Assembly: GCF_009914755.1 (NCBI RefSeq)
Contig: NC_060927.1
DNA from: the human T2T-CHM13v2.0 reference genome, Homo sapiens
Strand: one strand, 5' to 3'
DNA length: 64,000 nucleotides
The notes beneath the pieces are model-generated. The model was not told where the DNA came from, made no database searches, and was given only the letters and a program-made list of their open reading frames with translations. Numbering within the stretch: position 1 is the first letter of the stretch; each line of letters opens with the position of its first letter. Of the stretch, positions 13,381 to 25,637 are shown piece after piece. The translations under genes and the position numbers were made by a program.

Positions 13381-14821
13381 TAATAAAAATTCAGGTATAG
13401 ACTAGATCATCCCAGAAGGCCTGGCTGCTTTGGAATTTTAGGATCCTCTCAGAAGTTTCTCCCAGAATCTCCAGTTGCTTTCTTCCCTAAGGATTCAACA
13501 TTCTTCATTCAATATTCTTCATGTATTTATTGAGCACCGACTATGCACCAGGACCATTAGAAGCAGTATCTCTAGTGAACATAGAGAAAAATCCCTGCCC
13601 TCGAGGAACTTAACATGCTAGGGGGAGCAGGCCTTTCATAAACATACTACTCTAGGTACATAAATACTCAATACATCTTGGGCCAATTGAATGGAATTTC
13701 TTTTTGTGTTGAAAAATCTTCAACCTAGATAGAAAACTATTTTTCTTAGCCTTCATCTATTCAGAGATAAAAACCTCCCTTTGATGAGTGCTTGGGAGCT
13801 CTGCTCTTATATTTTTTTAATTCTATTTTTAAAGTGAAGGCTTCCCTCTTAGTGAATGAGTAAAGGAAGGAGGTGGGTGGAGGAGGTGGGAAGGAAGTGG
13901 GTGTCCCTTGCTTCATCTTGCCTGAATTGAGGGAAGAGTTGACAAATTAGGGTAGGTTGGGAGCATGACAACTTGGTTAACAGGAAACAGAAGATATTTT
14001 GAAATCTATCTGTTTAGTTGCCAATCCCTGTTTGCAGGTTAAGAAGAAAGAAGTTTTGACATTTGGGTACCAGTTTGTGCAAGGGAGTCCACATCTATCC
14101 AGAAGTTTTGGGAAATCTGAAATGATGTTGTCCCAACCTGTTTGGAGGAGGATGTTGCTAAACCTTTCTGGATTCAGAGAGAAAATCTTCCTCCTAATGC
14201 TCTTTCTTCATGATACAGGAAAAACAGTGCCAGATCTCGGCTGACGTAAACATTTTAAGCAGGAAGGAGTGCACTTCTTCTATTTCTTAACAACATAAAT
14301 TAAACATCACAGTAGACATCAGCCTGGAAAAAGTTACAGGAACCCAAGGTTCTTTCAGCAGTTTATTAATGCAGTCTGGCCAGAAGGTTCAGAGGGGCAG
14401 TGAGATCACCAGCTGGTATGGAGCCCTGGGTGATCCACAGACAGTTGGCTGCGACTCAAAAGACAATTTGTTCTGGTTCTGAATGCTGTATTTTGTGCAG
14501 CCCACTTAGGTCTAGAGATGTTAATTGGAAATACAGGCACACAGGCAGGACCAAGGAACCTTATCAGCCACGTGCAGCAGCACTGAACCATGGTCAGGAG
14601 AAGCTGGGAAGCATCAAGATCAGAGGTCAGACTGGGCTGGTGAGAGAAGTGGCCAACGTGGTACCCAGACTACAGTAGAGGCTGTGCCAAGGTGCTTGTC
14701 CACATGGAAAAATGGCATACAGTTTACAATGAGGCCTGACGGCAGAATAAGCTCAAGTCTAGATTGCCAGGCTGAGTTGGAGACCAATTTGGTCTCCAAG
14801 GAGACATCAGGGTGTAGCAGA

Positions 14822-15270
14822 TGTATTAGTTTCTGAGAGCTGCTGTAACAAAACTGGGCTTATAACAGAAATGTAATCTCTTATAGTTGTAGAAGCTAGA
14901 AGTCCAAAATGAAGGTGCTGGCAGGGTTGGTTCCTTCTGGAGGCTCTGAGAAGGAATCAGTTCATGTCTCTCTCCTAGCTTTTGGTGGCTGCATGGCAGT
15001 CCTTCATGTTTCTTGACTTGCAGATGCATTACTCCAATCTCTGCCTCCCTCTTTACATGGTCATCTCCTCTTGAATCTCTATGCCTTTTTTCTTCTTATA
15101 AGGAAATCTGTCATTGGATTTAGGGATCATGCTAAATTCAGGATGATTTCATCTTAAAATCCTTAATTACATCTGCCAAGACCTTTTTACCAAAAAAGGC
15201 CACTTTCACAGGTTATGAGGTTTAGGAGGTGGCATATCTTTTGAGGATGCCAATTATTCAACCCACTAAG
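14822..15270 (-). mobile_element. MLT1C-like MaLR LTR
   Basis: tgtattagtttct...gctgctgtaacaaa...agaagtccaaaatgaaggtgctggcagggttggttccttctggaggctctgag. Confidence 0.8.
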
Positions 15271-15349
15271 TGGATATACAGGTAGAAGTCAGAAAACTTG
15301 GGTTTCAATTCTAATAATATGACAATAGCTATCCTTTAAGAAAATTTTA

Positions 15350-16260
15350 AATCAGTTGTCAAGCACTCATTTATGATGAACAAATACACTGTTCTAGGTT
15401 CTCAGACTTAAGTAACAAAAAAAACTGACAGAGATTTTTGCTCTCATAAAGCCACTCTCTATTGGGTATCGTTGGAGACAGACAGATAAATAAGTCGAAG
15501 CATATGGAATGTCTGATGATGATGAGCACTAGAGAGAAAGTAAATTAGGGAGGAGGATGGGAGTGCTGGAGTACTGGAAGGTGGCAGTTTTAAATAAGAT
15601 GGTCTTTGAAAGCCTTAGTAAGAGCTACCATTTGAGTAAAGTCTCCAAAGAAGGGATGGATGAGCCCGGTAGATGCCTGGAGAAAAAGTCTCTCAGGTAC
15701 AGGGAAGAGCAACTGCAAAGGACCTGAGGCTGGAACAGGCCTGGTCCTTTTGAGAAGTAAGGAGGCCAGCAAGGCAGAAGGGGAGCGAGCAAGGGGAAAA
15801 AGTGGAAGAAGATGAGGTGGGAGAGATAACAGGGAGCAGATTATGCACACAGGCCTGGCTGTTTCCTGTTGGGACTTTTTGCTCTGAGTGGAATGAGGAG
15901 GCATGTGGTTCTTCATGTATTCTGCAGCTGGAGCGGCTAGAATATGCTGAATGGGAAGCCATAGGCATGACACAACCCGATCCCATGATTGCTGGGTCAC
16001 TTCTGCAGCTGTATGGAAAACAGACTCATGTGGAGGCAAGGGTAGAGCAGGAAGATCATAGGGACAATTGCCCTAGTGAAGGGGAGGGATGATAGGGGCT
16101 TGGACCAGTGGAGATTGGGAGAAGTCATGGGGTTCTTCATGTATTCTGAAGCTGGAGCTGCTACAATATGCTGAGGGTTTAATGTGAGGGATAAAAAAAG
16201 GAGTCAAGACTACCTCCAAGGTATTGGGCCCCCAAACCAGAAACATTTATTGAGATGAGG
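15350..16260 (-). mobile_element. L2 LINE fragment
   Basis: cagggaagagcaactgcaaaggacctgaggctggaacaggcctgg...gaggccagc, antisense L2a. Confidence 0.75.
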
Positions 16261-16575
16261 TGGTGCTAATGACTTCACATGCATTAGACAACCCATTGCT
16301 CAGCCCTGTAAGGTTGGTAACATTATACCCATTTTACAGATAAAGAAACAGTCTTTCAAAATTTAAGTAAACTGTCTAAGAGCATGTAGCTATTAATAGT
16401 ACTTGAAATAGGATATAGGCCAGTTCTCTCATATTTATAATCCCAGATTCCTAACTCTCAGAGCTCCAGCTTTTTCCTCTGCATAAAGAATCTTCTTATC
16501 TACATCCACAAGATTGTGAGAGTTATGAGAATGAAAGTAAAAGTGCTTTATAAATTACAATGTACTATCCAACTA

Positions 16576-17128
16576 TGTATCAGTTATCTATTTCAGTGTA
16601 ACAAAACACTCTAAACTTAGTGATGTAAAATAACAATATATTATTATCTGTTAAGGTTCTGGAGGTGGACTGGGCTCAACTTGGTGCTTCTTGCTCAAAT
16701 CTCTCTTGTAGTTTCAGTCTGATACTGCTTAGGCTAGAGTCATCTCAAGGTCTCACTTATGTATCTGGTGGTTGATGACGGCTTTTGGTTAGGACCTCAG
16801 CTGGGATTGTTGGCTCGAACATCTATACATGGCTTCTCCATGTGGCCTGGACTTCCTTACAGCATGGTGGCCAACTTCCAAGAGCAAGCATCCCTGAAAA
16901 GAAATAATTAGGTAGAAGCTGTGTTATCTTTTATGATCTAGCCTTGGAAGTCATATAGGATCACTTCTGCCATGTATACTACTGATAGAGGCAGTCACAA
17001 ATTTCCACTGGGTTCAAGGGGAAGGGATATAGACAACATATCTTTATACAGGAGTGGCAAAGTCATATATTCACAGCATGTGGGATGGGAGATACTGTTA
17101 TCACCATCTTTGGAAAATACAATCTACA
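16576..17128 (-). mobile_element. MLT1 (F/G/H-like) MaLR LTR
   Basis: tgtatcagttatctatt...tctccatgtggcctggacttccttacagcatggtggcc...ccatctttggaaaatacaatctaca. Confidence 0.75.
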
Positions 17129-17539
17129 ATAAAGTAGAAGATATTATTACAAGGGAAGTTTATCAAGGCAAGAAGGCTCGACAAAATGAGACAGATTGCA
17201 CTCTCAGTGTAAGCCAGGCACAAGCAAATGCAGAAAGAAATGTAGAGAAGGTAACTAGAAACAGTCTCCCAGGGTAGTAGCAGAGTAAGCAGACAGCATT
17301 ACACAGCCAGATGATGATGGATATCTGGGCCCAGATCCAGAAAATTCTGCTCATTGTTGCATTTTTTTCCCCATCTTTTTTATGATTTGTTCCGGAACTT
17401 ATGAAAAGAGCTCCAGGTAATACATCTTATAGAAAAAAGGAAAAGCTACACGGAAGCATAACAAAAAACAATTCCCCATCATTCCACCACACAATCGGAA
17501 TCCATATTAATGTGCTGGTGTTGGGTATGTTGTCTTCCT

Positions 17540-17775
17540 GGGTGGAGAGCAGTGCAGTGAGTAAGGGCTTTGGGCTTGAAAATCCCACAAACCTGGTTGA
17601 AATCCCAGTTCTGTCTCTTTTAGCTGTATGATCTCTTGGGCAAATTACATAACCACTCTGTGCCTCAACTTCCTAGTCTGGAAAACTGGGACGATACTAA
17701 AATAATCCTATAATGTGGCACAGGGGCTGGAAAATAGTAAGTTCTCAATGCACATTAGCTTGTAAAATCACTATT
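17540..17775 (+). mobile_element. MIR SINE
   Basis: ttgggcaaattacataaccactctgtgcctcaacttcct...tagtaagttctcaat. Confidence 0.7.
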
Positions 17776-17799
17776 AAATAAATACATGATTCTTTTCAC

Positions 17800-18930
17800 A
17801 AAATGGGATCATTTGCAAAACAGCATGCATGCTGGTATGTAGCTGCTTTTTTCACTTAATGAATTTATCTTGAATACCTTCCTATATGACTCTGGAAGCA
17901 GAAACTTGTATCATTTTGTTTATGAGATGCACATCCTTTCATTGTGAACATGAATTACAATTTGCCTATTTGTTTAACAGCTTCTAATTGATGGATATTT
18001 AGCTTTTTTTTTTAAAGTTTTACCTATTATGTATAGCCCTGCAATACTCAAGTACTTGTCTAAATATTTTCTTATTGCTTGGAATATTTTTTCAATAAAC
18101 AAATGAATATTGACAAGTTTCTAGAAGTGGACTTACTGGCCCCAAATGTCCCATTCAGTAATTTTAAATTTACTTTTTATTATGAAAATTTCAAACCCAC
18201 AGCAAATTAGAAAGCGTAGTACAATGAACACAAACATGTAGCTAGCAAGTATATTCAGCCTGATTACATTCTGCCATACTTGCTTGGTGTTTGTTTTTCT
18301 TAAGTATTTTAAAATAAAACATATGCATCATAACATTTCACCCTACTACTGTAAATCTGTGTCTCATAAAAATGAGAACTTCTCCTGTATAATTATTGTA
18401 CCTAACAAAATTAAGTGCAATTCCCTAATATCTAATATACGATCCATTTAAAAAATTCCCAATGGTCCAAAATGCCATTTTCAGCTTTTTTTTTTTTTTT
18501 ACATTGAACACCAACTTTTAATTTTTACTTTTTTTTGATTTTTTTTATTATTATACTTTAAGTTCTGGGATACATGTGCAGAACGTACAGGTTTGTTACA
18601 TAGGTATACATGTGCCATGGTGGTTTGCTGCACCCATCAATCCATCATCTACATTAGGTATTTCTCCTAATGCTATCCTTCCCCTAGCCCCCATCCCCTG
18701 ACAGGCCCCAGTGTGTGATGTTCCCTTCCCTGTGTCCATGTGTTCTGATTGTTTAACTCCCACTTATGAGTGAGAATGTTTTTCAAATTAGGATCCAACC
18801 AAGGACCAGTTATTACGTTTGATTGTTGCATCTCTTAAGTGTCTTTCCATCAAGAGCAATCCCTTCCGCCTTTGTTCTCCTCTTTAACATTGACTTGCTG
18901 AAGAGACTGAGCTGTTGATCTTCTCCTCTT
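17800..18930 (-). mobile_element. Old L1M 3' fragments (host of the L1PA piece)
   Basis: ttttattatgaaaatttcaaac...gtagtacaatgaacac. Resumes after 18778 with tcaaattaggatccaaccaagg. Confidence 0.5.
18510..18778 (-). mobile_element. L1PA7/8-like 3' end, severely 5'-truncated
   Basis: T-rich tail, then ttatactttaagttctgggatacatgtgcagaacg...cccacttatgagtgagaa. Confidence 0.88.
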
Positions 18931-19384
18931 GTAAACATTAAAAACTCCTGTTTCTCAAAGAAAATTCTCGGATGTGAAATCGTTGGATTAAAAGGCCCAT
19001 CCTGGTTGCAGGCTTCTTCCAGGATGTGTGAGCCCTTTGCTTGCAGGTGTGGGCTGCTCCAAAGTGAGGCTCTCCTCAGCAGATAGATGCCCTTCATTGT
19101 CAAGGCTGGCTCTAGCAGGGCACTTGGGAGGCCCCACCCTTTCCACAGGGATGTTGGGGTCCACCGTTCAGTACAAAGTCTCTTCAGAGAAGAGGCAATT
19201 TTGGAAGACTTCATTCTCCTCTATCGTCAGATGCAGGTAAGCGTCTCCTGGATAGATTTGTGTTCCTGCTGGTGGGGTGGATGACAGCAGACCTTTATAG
19301 TTAGAGATATGCATTGAAATCCTGGTTCTGCCTGTTACTAGGGTAACTTGCTACCTTGGAAAAACCACTTAAATTTCCATTGTA

Positions 19385-19403
19385 TTTCGCCCTCTAGTGG
19401 AAT
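19385..19403 (-). promoter_or_regulatory. CTCF core motif
   Basis: Minus strand reads attCCACTAGAGGGCGaaa, matching CCASYAGRKGGCR at every core position with the CpG retained. Binding not demonstrated. Confidence 0.65.
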
Positions 19404-19499
19404 GCGCTGAGTCCTTTATCATGCACCTGTCTATTTCATACACTACTGGGTAGCAAAGATACTGCCACTGAGAAGTGGGCAGGTCTCCTAATTTCCACA

Positions 19500-20003
19500 A
19501 CAGGCCTCTCAAACTTTCATGTACTTAAGGAACACTTTTGGGGTGAGGGATACTTGTAATAACCAGAGATCTCTGAGATTCTGATTCAGTAGATGAGACC
19601 CAGGAATCTACTTTTTAAATTTGTTTTAAAAAAATTTGTATAAATTTAGGGGGTCCAAGTGTCTTTTTGTTACCTGGATATATTGCATAGTGGTGATGTC
19701 TGTACTCATTAATGAATTTCTCATCTCTCACCCTCCCCAACCTTCAGAGTCTCCAATTCTATCATTCCATACTCTATGTCCACGTGTATACATTATTTAG
19801 CTCCTACTTATACATAAGAACAGGCAGCGTTTGACTTTCTGTTTCTGATGGTCTCCAGTTCCATTCATGTTACTGCAAAGGAAAACATGATTTCATTCAT
19901 TTTTATGGCCCAGTAGTATTCCATTGTATATATTTCTTAACAGGCACCCTAAGGGATTCTGACTTAGGGACCCTAAGGGATTCAGGGACTATGCTTGAAA
20001 AAA
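19500..20003. mobile_element. MER5-type MITE interrupted by an L1
   Basis: ctctcaaactt...gagattctgattcagtag...cccaggaatct on the left; ttaacaggcaccc...gattctga on the right. Confidence 0.6.
19615..19935 (-). mobile_element. L1PB/L1MA-type 3' end
   Basis: ataaatttagggggtccaagt...ggatatattgcatagtggtga...cattatttagctcctacttata...tagtattccattgtata. Confidence 0.75.
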
Positions 20004-20029
20004 GTCTTATCTGGGAACTTCCACTTCCT

Positions 20030-20235
20030 TGTTAGTAATAGGTAACACTTCATAGCAATTACAGTTGTACCAAGCACTCTTCCGACCACACACAGTAACT
20101 TACTCAACCCTCACAACTACTGTGTGTACTAGATACCCATATTTTATACATGAGGAAATCAAGGCTCAGAGAGTTTAAGTAACTTGCCAAGGTTGACACT
20201 GATAGCAGGTAGCTGAGCCAAGTGCTAGCATTCTG
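20030..20235 (-). mobile_element. MIR SINE
   Basis: atgaggaaatcaaggctcagagagtttaagtaacttgccaaggt core. Confidence 0.8.
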
Positions 20236-20657
20236 TGACTTTTTTTTAGAAGTAACAAAATAAATGACCTGGTATTTTAACTTTGAGAGATATGGCACTA
20301 TCAACAAAAAATAACCACGTGGTATTGCTGAGAATGTTTGGGTGATAAGGAGCTCTGAATTCAGGGCTGCCTTCCAGAAAACAAGCTGTCAGTTTTAAGG
20401 GTGAGAATTGATACAGATGTTTCCAGTGAGAAATTTCAGTACCTGAAGATTAGACAATATCATCAGGTTTTGCTATTTTTTTAACTAATGGAAATGTCCT
20501 TTCCAGTGTTGTTACATTATTCAATTTGGGAATAAGAAACACACGATACTGAAGGATGCTTTCAGAAACCAAAGTTGAGTCTTTGGCCGTCTTGTTCTGA
20601 CATCATTCTGGTGAACCAATCCAGTTTCCTTCTACACTCTGAGAGAGGATGTTGTGG

Positions 20658-20816
20658 TAGGGTTGCCTGTTAAAATACAGGACGCCCAGATAAATTTGAA
20701 TTTCAGATAAATGATGAATATTTTAGTATAAATATGTATACTTATAGGTGTATGTATATATGTATGAATACGTCTCAAATATTGCAAATATCTGTTTGCT
20801 AAATATAACAACTGTA
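20658..20816. mobile_element. MER53 hAT MITE (partial)
   Basis: tagggttgcc...aaaatacaggacgcccagataaatttgaatttcagataaa start; degenerate ttgctaaat...caac end. Confidence 0.75.
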
Positions 20817-20896
20817 GATTGTGGTGCAGGGCAATGCTTCTCAAACTTTACTCTGTATATAAGTCAGCTGGGAATTTTGTTAGAATGCAGACTCTG

Positions 20897-21236
<340 letters not shown>

Positions 21237-21349
21237 CTATGTTAAAGCTGCTGTTCTAAAGACCACATCCAAAAGGAAAGTGTGAGCAGAGATATTTGTT
21301 GAGCTTGGCTGGAATAGAAGAACCACCTGTGGCGCCTATTGAAAATATA

Positions 21350-21730
21350 GATACTTTGCCATAACAAAGTACTGTAGTTTGAATGGCTTAAATAATGGGA
21401 ATGTATACTCTCACAGTTCTAGAGGCTGGAAGCCCAAGACCAAGGTATCAGCAGGTTGGTTTTCTTCTCAGATTTCCCTCTCTGACTAGCAGACAGCTGC
21501 CCTCTCACCGCCTCTTTACATGGTTGTGTCTCTGTATCTGTGTGCCCATGGTGTGTCTATGTGTCCTAATCACCTCTTTTAGTAAGAATATCGGTTGTAT
21601 TGAATTAAAGTATACTCTAATGGTCCCATTTTCACTTAATTACCTCTTTAAAGTTCCTGTCTCCAAATGCAGTCATTGGGTTAGGATTACAACATATGAA
21701 GTTTGGGGACACACAATTCAGTCTGTAACA
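21350..21730 (-). mobile_element. MLT1A-like MaLR LTR
   Basis: gccataacaaagtac...ctcacagttctagaggctggaag...tttggggacacacaattcagtctgtaaca. Confidence 0.8.
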
Positions 21731-22221
21731 CCATCTGAGAACCACTGAGACCAGACTTTCTGTGGGAGGGACTTTCAGAGGCTACCAATTTGGCCAGCTG
21801 GAAGCCCTGGTTGAAGAAGAACATCCCAGGTGAGTTTTATCAGGTAAATTTAAGAAATCTGGTATAGAATAGTAATTCTTCAACTTGAGCATCAATTGGA
21901 ATCACCTGAAGAACTTGTTCAGCGCCCCAAGATTCTGACTGAAGAGGTTAAGGTGGAGCTCAGATTCGGCTTCTTAACAAGAAGACATGCTTAAGGACAC
22001 CACCTTAGACACATCCCTCAACCTCTCTCACAAGCGGAGGCAGGAGGAACATACTCATCACATGGCTGTGGTGTGGATTTCCTGAGATTAGGAGGCAAAA
22101 GCTCTTGGGAACTTCAGGGCCCTATGTTAGAAGAAGGTGAGTCATGGTGATGAATTTTCCACCAGTTATAAAGCATGCGAACCAAAGTCAATGTATTTTC
22201 ATGAATAGCAAAACAGTGTGT

Positions 22222-22988
22222 ACTTTTTTTTTTTAATCTTTAACTTTTATTTTAATTTCCGGGGAACACGTGCAGGATGTGCAGGTTTGTTACATAGGCA
22301 AACGTGTGCCATGGTGGTTTGCTGCACAGATCATCCCATCACCTGGGTATTAAGCCCAGAATCCACTAGCTTGTCTTCTTCATCCTCTGCCTCCTCCCAA
22401 CATCCCCTGACAGGCCTCAGTGTGTGTTGCTCCACACCCCACCTCCACCACCATGTGTCCATGTGTTCCCATTGTTCAGCTCCCGCTTACAAGTGAGAAC
22501 GTGTGGTGTTTGTTTTTTTGTTCTTGCGTTAGTTTGCTGAGGATAATGACTTCCAGCTCCATCCACGTTCCTGCAGAGGACATTATCTCTTTCCTTTTTA
22601 TGGCTGCATAGAATTTCATGGTGTGTATGTACCAGATTTTCTTTATCTAATCTATCACTGATGGGCATTTGGATTGATTCCGTGTCTTTGCTGTAGTGAA
22701 TAGTGCTGCAATGAACATACGTATGCATGCATCTTTATAATAGAATGATTTATATTTCTTGGGGTATATACCCAGTAATGGGATTGCTGAGTCAAATGGT
22801 ATTTCTGCCTCTAGGTCTTTGAGGAATCACCACGCTGTCTTCCACAATGGTTGAACTAATTTATACTTCCACCAAGAGTGTAAAAGTGTTACTTTTTCTC
22901 CATAACCTCACCAGCATCTATTGTTTCTTGACTTTTTAATAATTGCCATTCTGACTGGCATGAGATGGTATCTCATTGTGGTTTTGGT
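22222..22988 (-). mobile_element. Older L1PA (PA13-16-like) 3' end, 5'-truncated
   Basis: gtttgttacataggcaaacgtgtgccatggtggtttgctgcacagatcatccc...tatacccagtaatgggattgctg...gagatggtatctcattgtgg. Confidence 0.88.
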
Positions 22989-23019
22989 TATTAGAACTTT
23001 CTTATTATTCTATTCATGG

Positions 23020-23030
23020 ATGAGTCAGCA
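23020..23030 (+). promoter_or_regulatory. CNC-sMAF / NF-E2 / ARE-type motif
   Basis: ATGAGTCAGCA is an exact RTGASTCAGCA match in unique sequence. Motif only. Confidence 0.3.
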
Positions 23031-23979
23031 AGGTGTCCTTCATTCTTGCCACCATAGTGGTCTTTATTAAAGAGCACATTGCTAGATCCCATGAGGCCAG
23101 TTTTCCAAATGCGATGCGAGTTGAAGATAAAATCCACCTAGTTTGGGAATGGAAAAGAGTTGAAAGGCCTCCAAATTATGTGATTAAACCTGCAATCTCC
23201 TGAGAAACTGCTTTCTTGTTACAACTGTGGTTCCTGAGACACAAGTTACTTTGATGTTGATCATGTTAATAAACTTGTAAATAAAGTCTTGCAGAAGAAG
23301 AAATCAATAGCTTTGCTTACAGGCCTCTAAAGCACTTATGAGAGTGACCCTCTCTGGTGAATTAACATTCTTGAACTTCACCAATCCTGGTAAATACAGA
23401 GGTCTTAAGAAAATGTACCTTTCTCTATACTGTAGTTTTATGAGTTTCTTACTAAAAACCAGTACTCTGCCATTTTCTTTCTTTTCTAAAATTGGATGTT
23501 AATGACTAGCTGGTAAGCATTTTTAAAGGTCATATTTATAATAACAGGGCTATAAGTTGAGCTTAGTCTTCAGTACAATGGGTTTAAGATTACCACCTAT
23601 TAATTCAGTGAGAATTAAATGTGTGCAAAGCTGCTACTATAGACTTCGTGAAGTATAATAGCTCCATAAATGACATTTTATTTGTATGGTTATATACATA
23701 TAAATACGTTGTCTTTTTCTGCTCATTTAAACTTCAATGCTTTCTTCTTTTTTCTTTTCTTTTTCTTCCTTTCTTTGCTCTTCCTAGCCAATTAATCAAA
23801 TCATGATGTATATCTTAAAATAGCGTATTTTGACCAGAAAAATTGTGAGGAGGGCTTTTTTTGTTGTTGTTCAATCTCTGAGTGATAAGGAAACAGAGGC
23901 CCAGAGATTAAATAGCTTGATCAAGGTTAATCAAGGTTAAGACAGAGCTGACTTTGAACACAGGATTCTGATCCCAGCA

Positions 23980-24481
23980 GTATTGGAGCCCTTCTGTTTT
24001 CTCCTCCAGATGTACACTCAGCTTTTATTTTTTCCACCACACTCTTTTCTCAGAAGACTGAGCATTTGGGATGCCTTGGAGAACTCCCTTGCTTTCTGGC
24101 TTCCTGTTGGGATCAGCCAATGGGGAGCACGGGCAGGACATGGGGCAGGGGTTGGGGGTAGGAAAGGGAGACTGGGGTATTTTATTCCATTGGGTTCCTT
24201 CTCAAAGGGATCACTTTGGACTGGCTGTCACCTTAAACAAAAACCACAGCTCCTAAGAAGGTGGCCCTCTCTGTAAGTCTTTCCAGGTTCTGATAACAGT
24301 TCCCTCCCATTGTCCCCTTCCAGCTAAGAAGTGGGAACAGCTCTGCTGGCACTAACATCACGGTACTGTTACCGCTTTTATAGTTTTCTTGCACCCTCTG
24401 TCAACGATTCCCTCATCAAAACTCTCCTCATTATTCTATTTGACTATGCCATTTGTTTCCCACTGGGGCCCTACCTCATAG
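23980..24481 (+). mobile_element. LTR33-like ERVL LTR
   Basis: ctttctggcttcctgttgggatcagccaatggggagcac...gccatttgtttccc pattern. Confidence 0.6.
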
Positions 24482-25637
24482 ACTCCGACTTATTCACTTC
24501 CTTAACACTTCACTGGACTTGGAGGATATTTAAGGGACTGCCTATGAGCAACATTCTGATTCTATCCATAGCTCAGATAAGCGTAGACTTCCTTTGTTCA
24601 CAGAGGGAATTCTGCCATGGTTGCTCTCTCCAAGGCACAAAAGGAGAGATGGAAAGCCAGCTGGAGTTCTAACATTTACCTTCTAACAGCTGCCTCCTTC
24701 ATGTGAAATCTTTGAAGAAAGGCTGGCCCAACCCAGATGGCAAAGAGCAGATAAATTGAGGATGATCCTAGGGACTAAAAACTTAAGTAAACTTTGTAAT
24801 TTTTATCTGAACGATACAATATGATTAAAATATAAAGGAGTTTGCTCCCAAGGAGAAATAAAGAGGCCTTAACTAGGTCCCTGCTTGGCAGCAGAATTTT
24901 ATGCCTCTTAATATTTGCATGGTCAATTAATCCCTTAAAGTGATGACTAGTAGGCAATTTATTTGGACGGTGCAAGGGGCTAATTGGTAACATTGTTACA
25001 CAAAATCTTGTGGGCAAAAATTATGCCTGTCTTTAAAAAAATACGCCTTTGGTATTTGAAGGCAGAGCTCTAGTGCCTTGGGCCTCAGAGGAATTCAGAC
25101 TGCTGATGTCAGAATTAATGAAGTATATGGAAACTTAAGTGTAGGATGGATGGAGTGAAAAATGCATTAAAGATTAATGACATTAGACTAGTGGGAGAGC
25201 CACATTTTCTGGTGATCAAAGACTCTGAGGCTTTCATCTGCAAGTGCCTGGGAGAATGTTGAACATCTTGGAATTTGTCATATCGCCTTTGGTTAAATTC
25301 AGCCTGCTATTCAGCAAAGTGCTCCAAGAAAAATCCCCCACCCTTCGGGGTCTGATCTGTTCATTCATTCAAGAAATCTTTTTTGAGTGCCTACTCTGTG
25401 GCAGACATTGATTAAGAAAAAAACACTGAGGTCAGTGATGAACCAAAACACATACATTTTCTTTTCTTATGGAGATTCCAATGTCGTGAAATAGACAAGT
25501 TTTCTTAAATAACAGAATATGCATTTGCATTCTTAGGTAATTATATTTTTTGGTAATATTATATTCTAGGATAACAAGAAGTCCTCTAGTTTCAAAATAT
25601 GTCAAACATTGGATAAAATATAATAAGAAACATTTTA

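Noticed and set aside
14290-14820. GC-richer segment with several short ORFs, possibly an ancient LTR
   Set aside because: Cannot assign a family, and the ORFs show no homology or splice support.
15590-16039. 149-aa ORF
   Set aside because: Within a decayed L2; low-complexity chance ORF.
23921-23940. Exact 10-bp tandem duplication tcaaggttaa x2
   Set aside because: Ordinary slippage inside a MIR.
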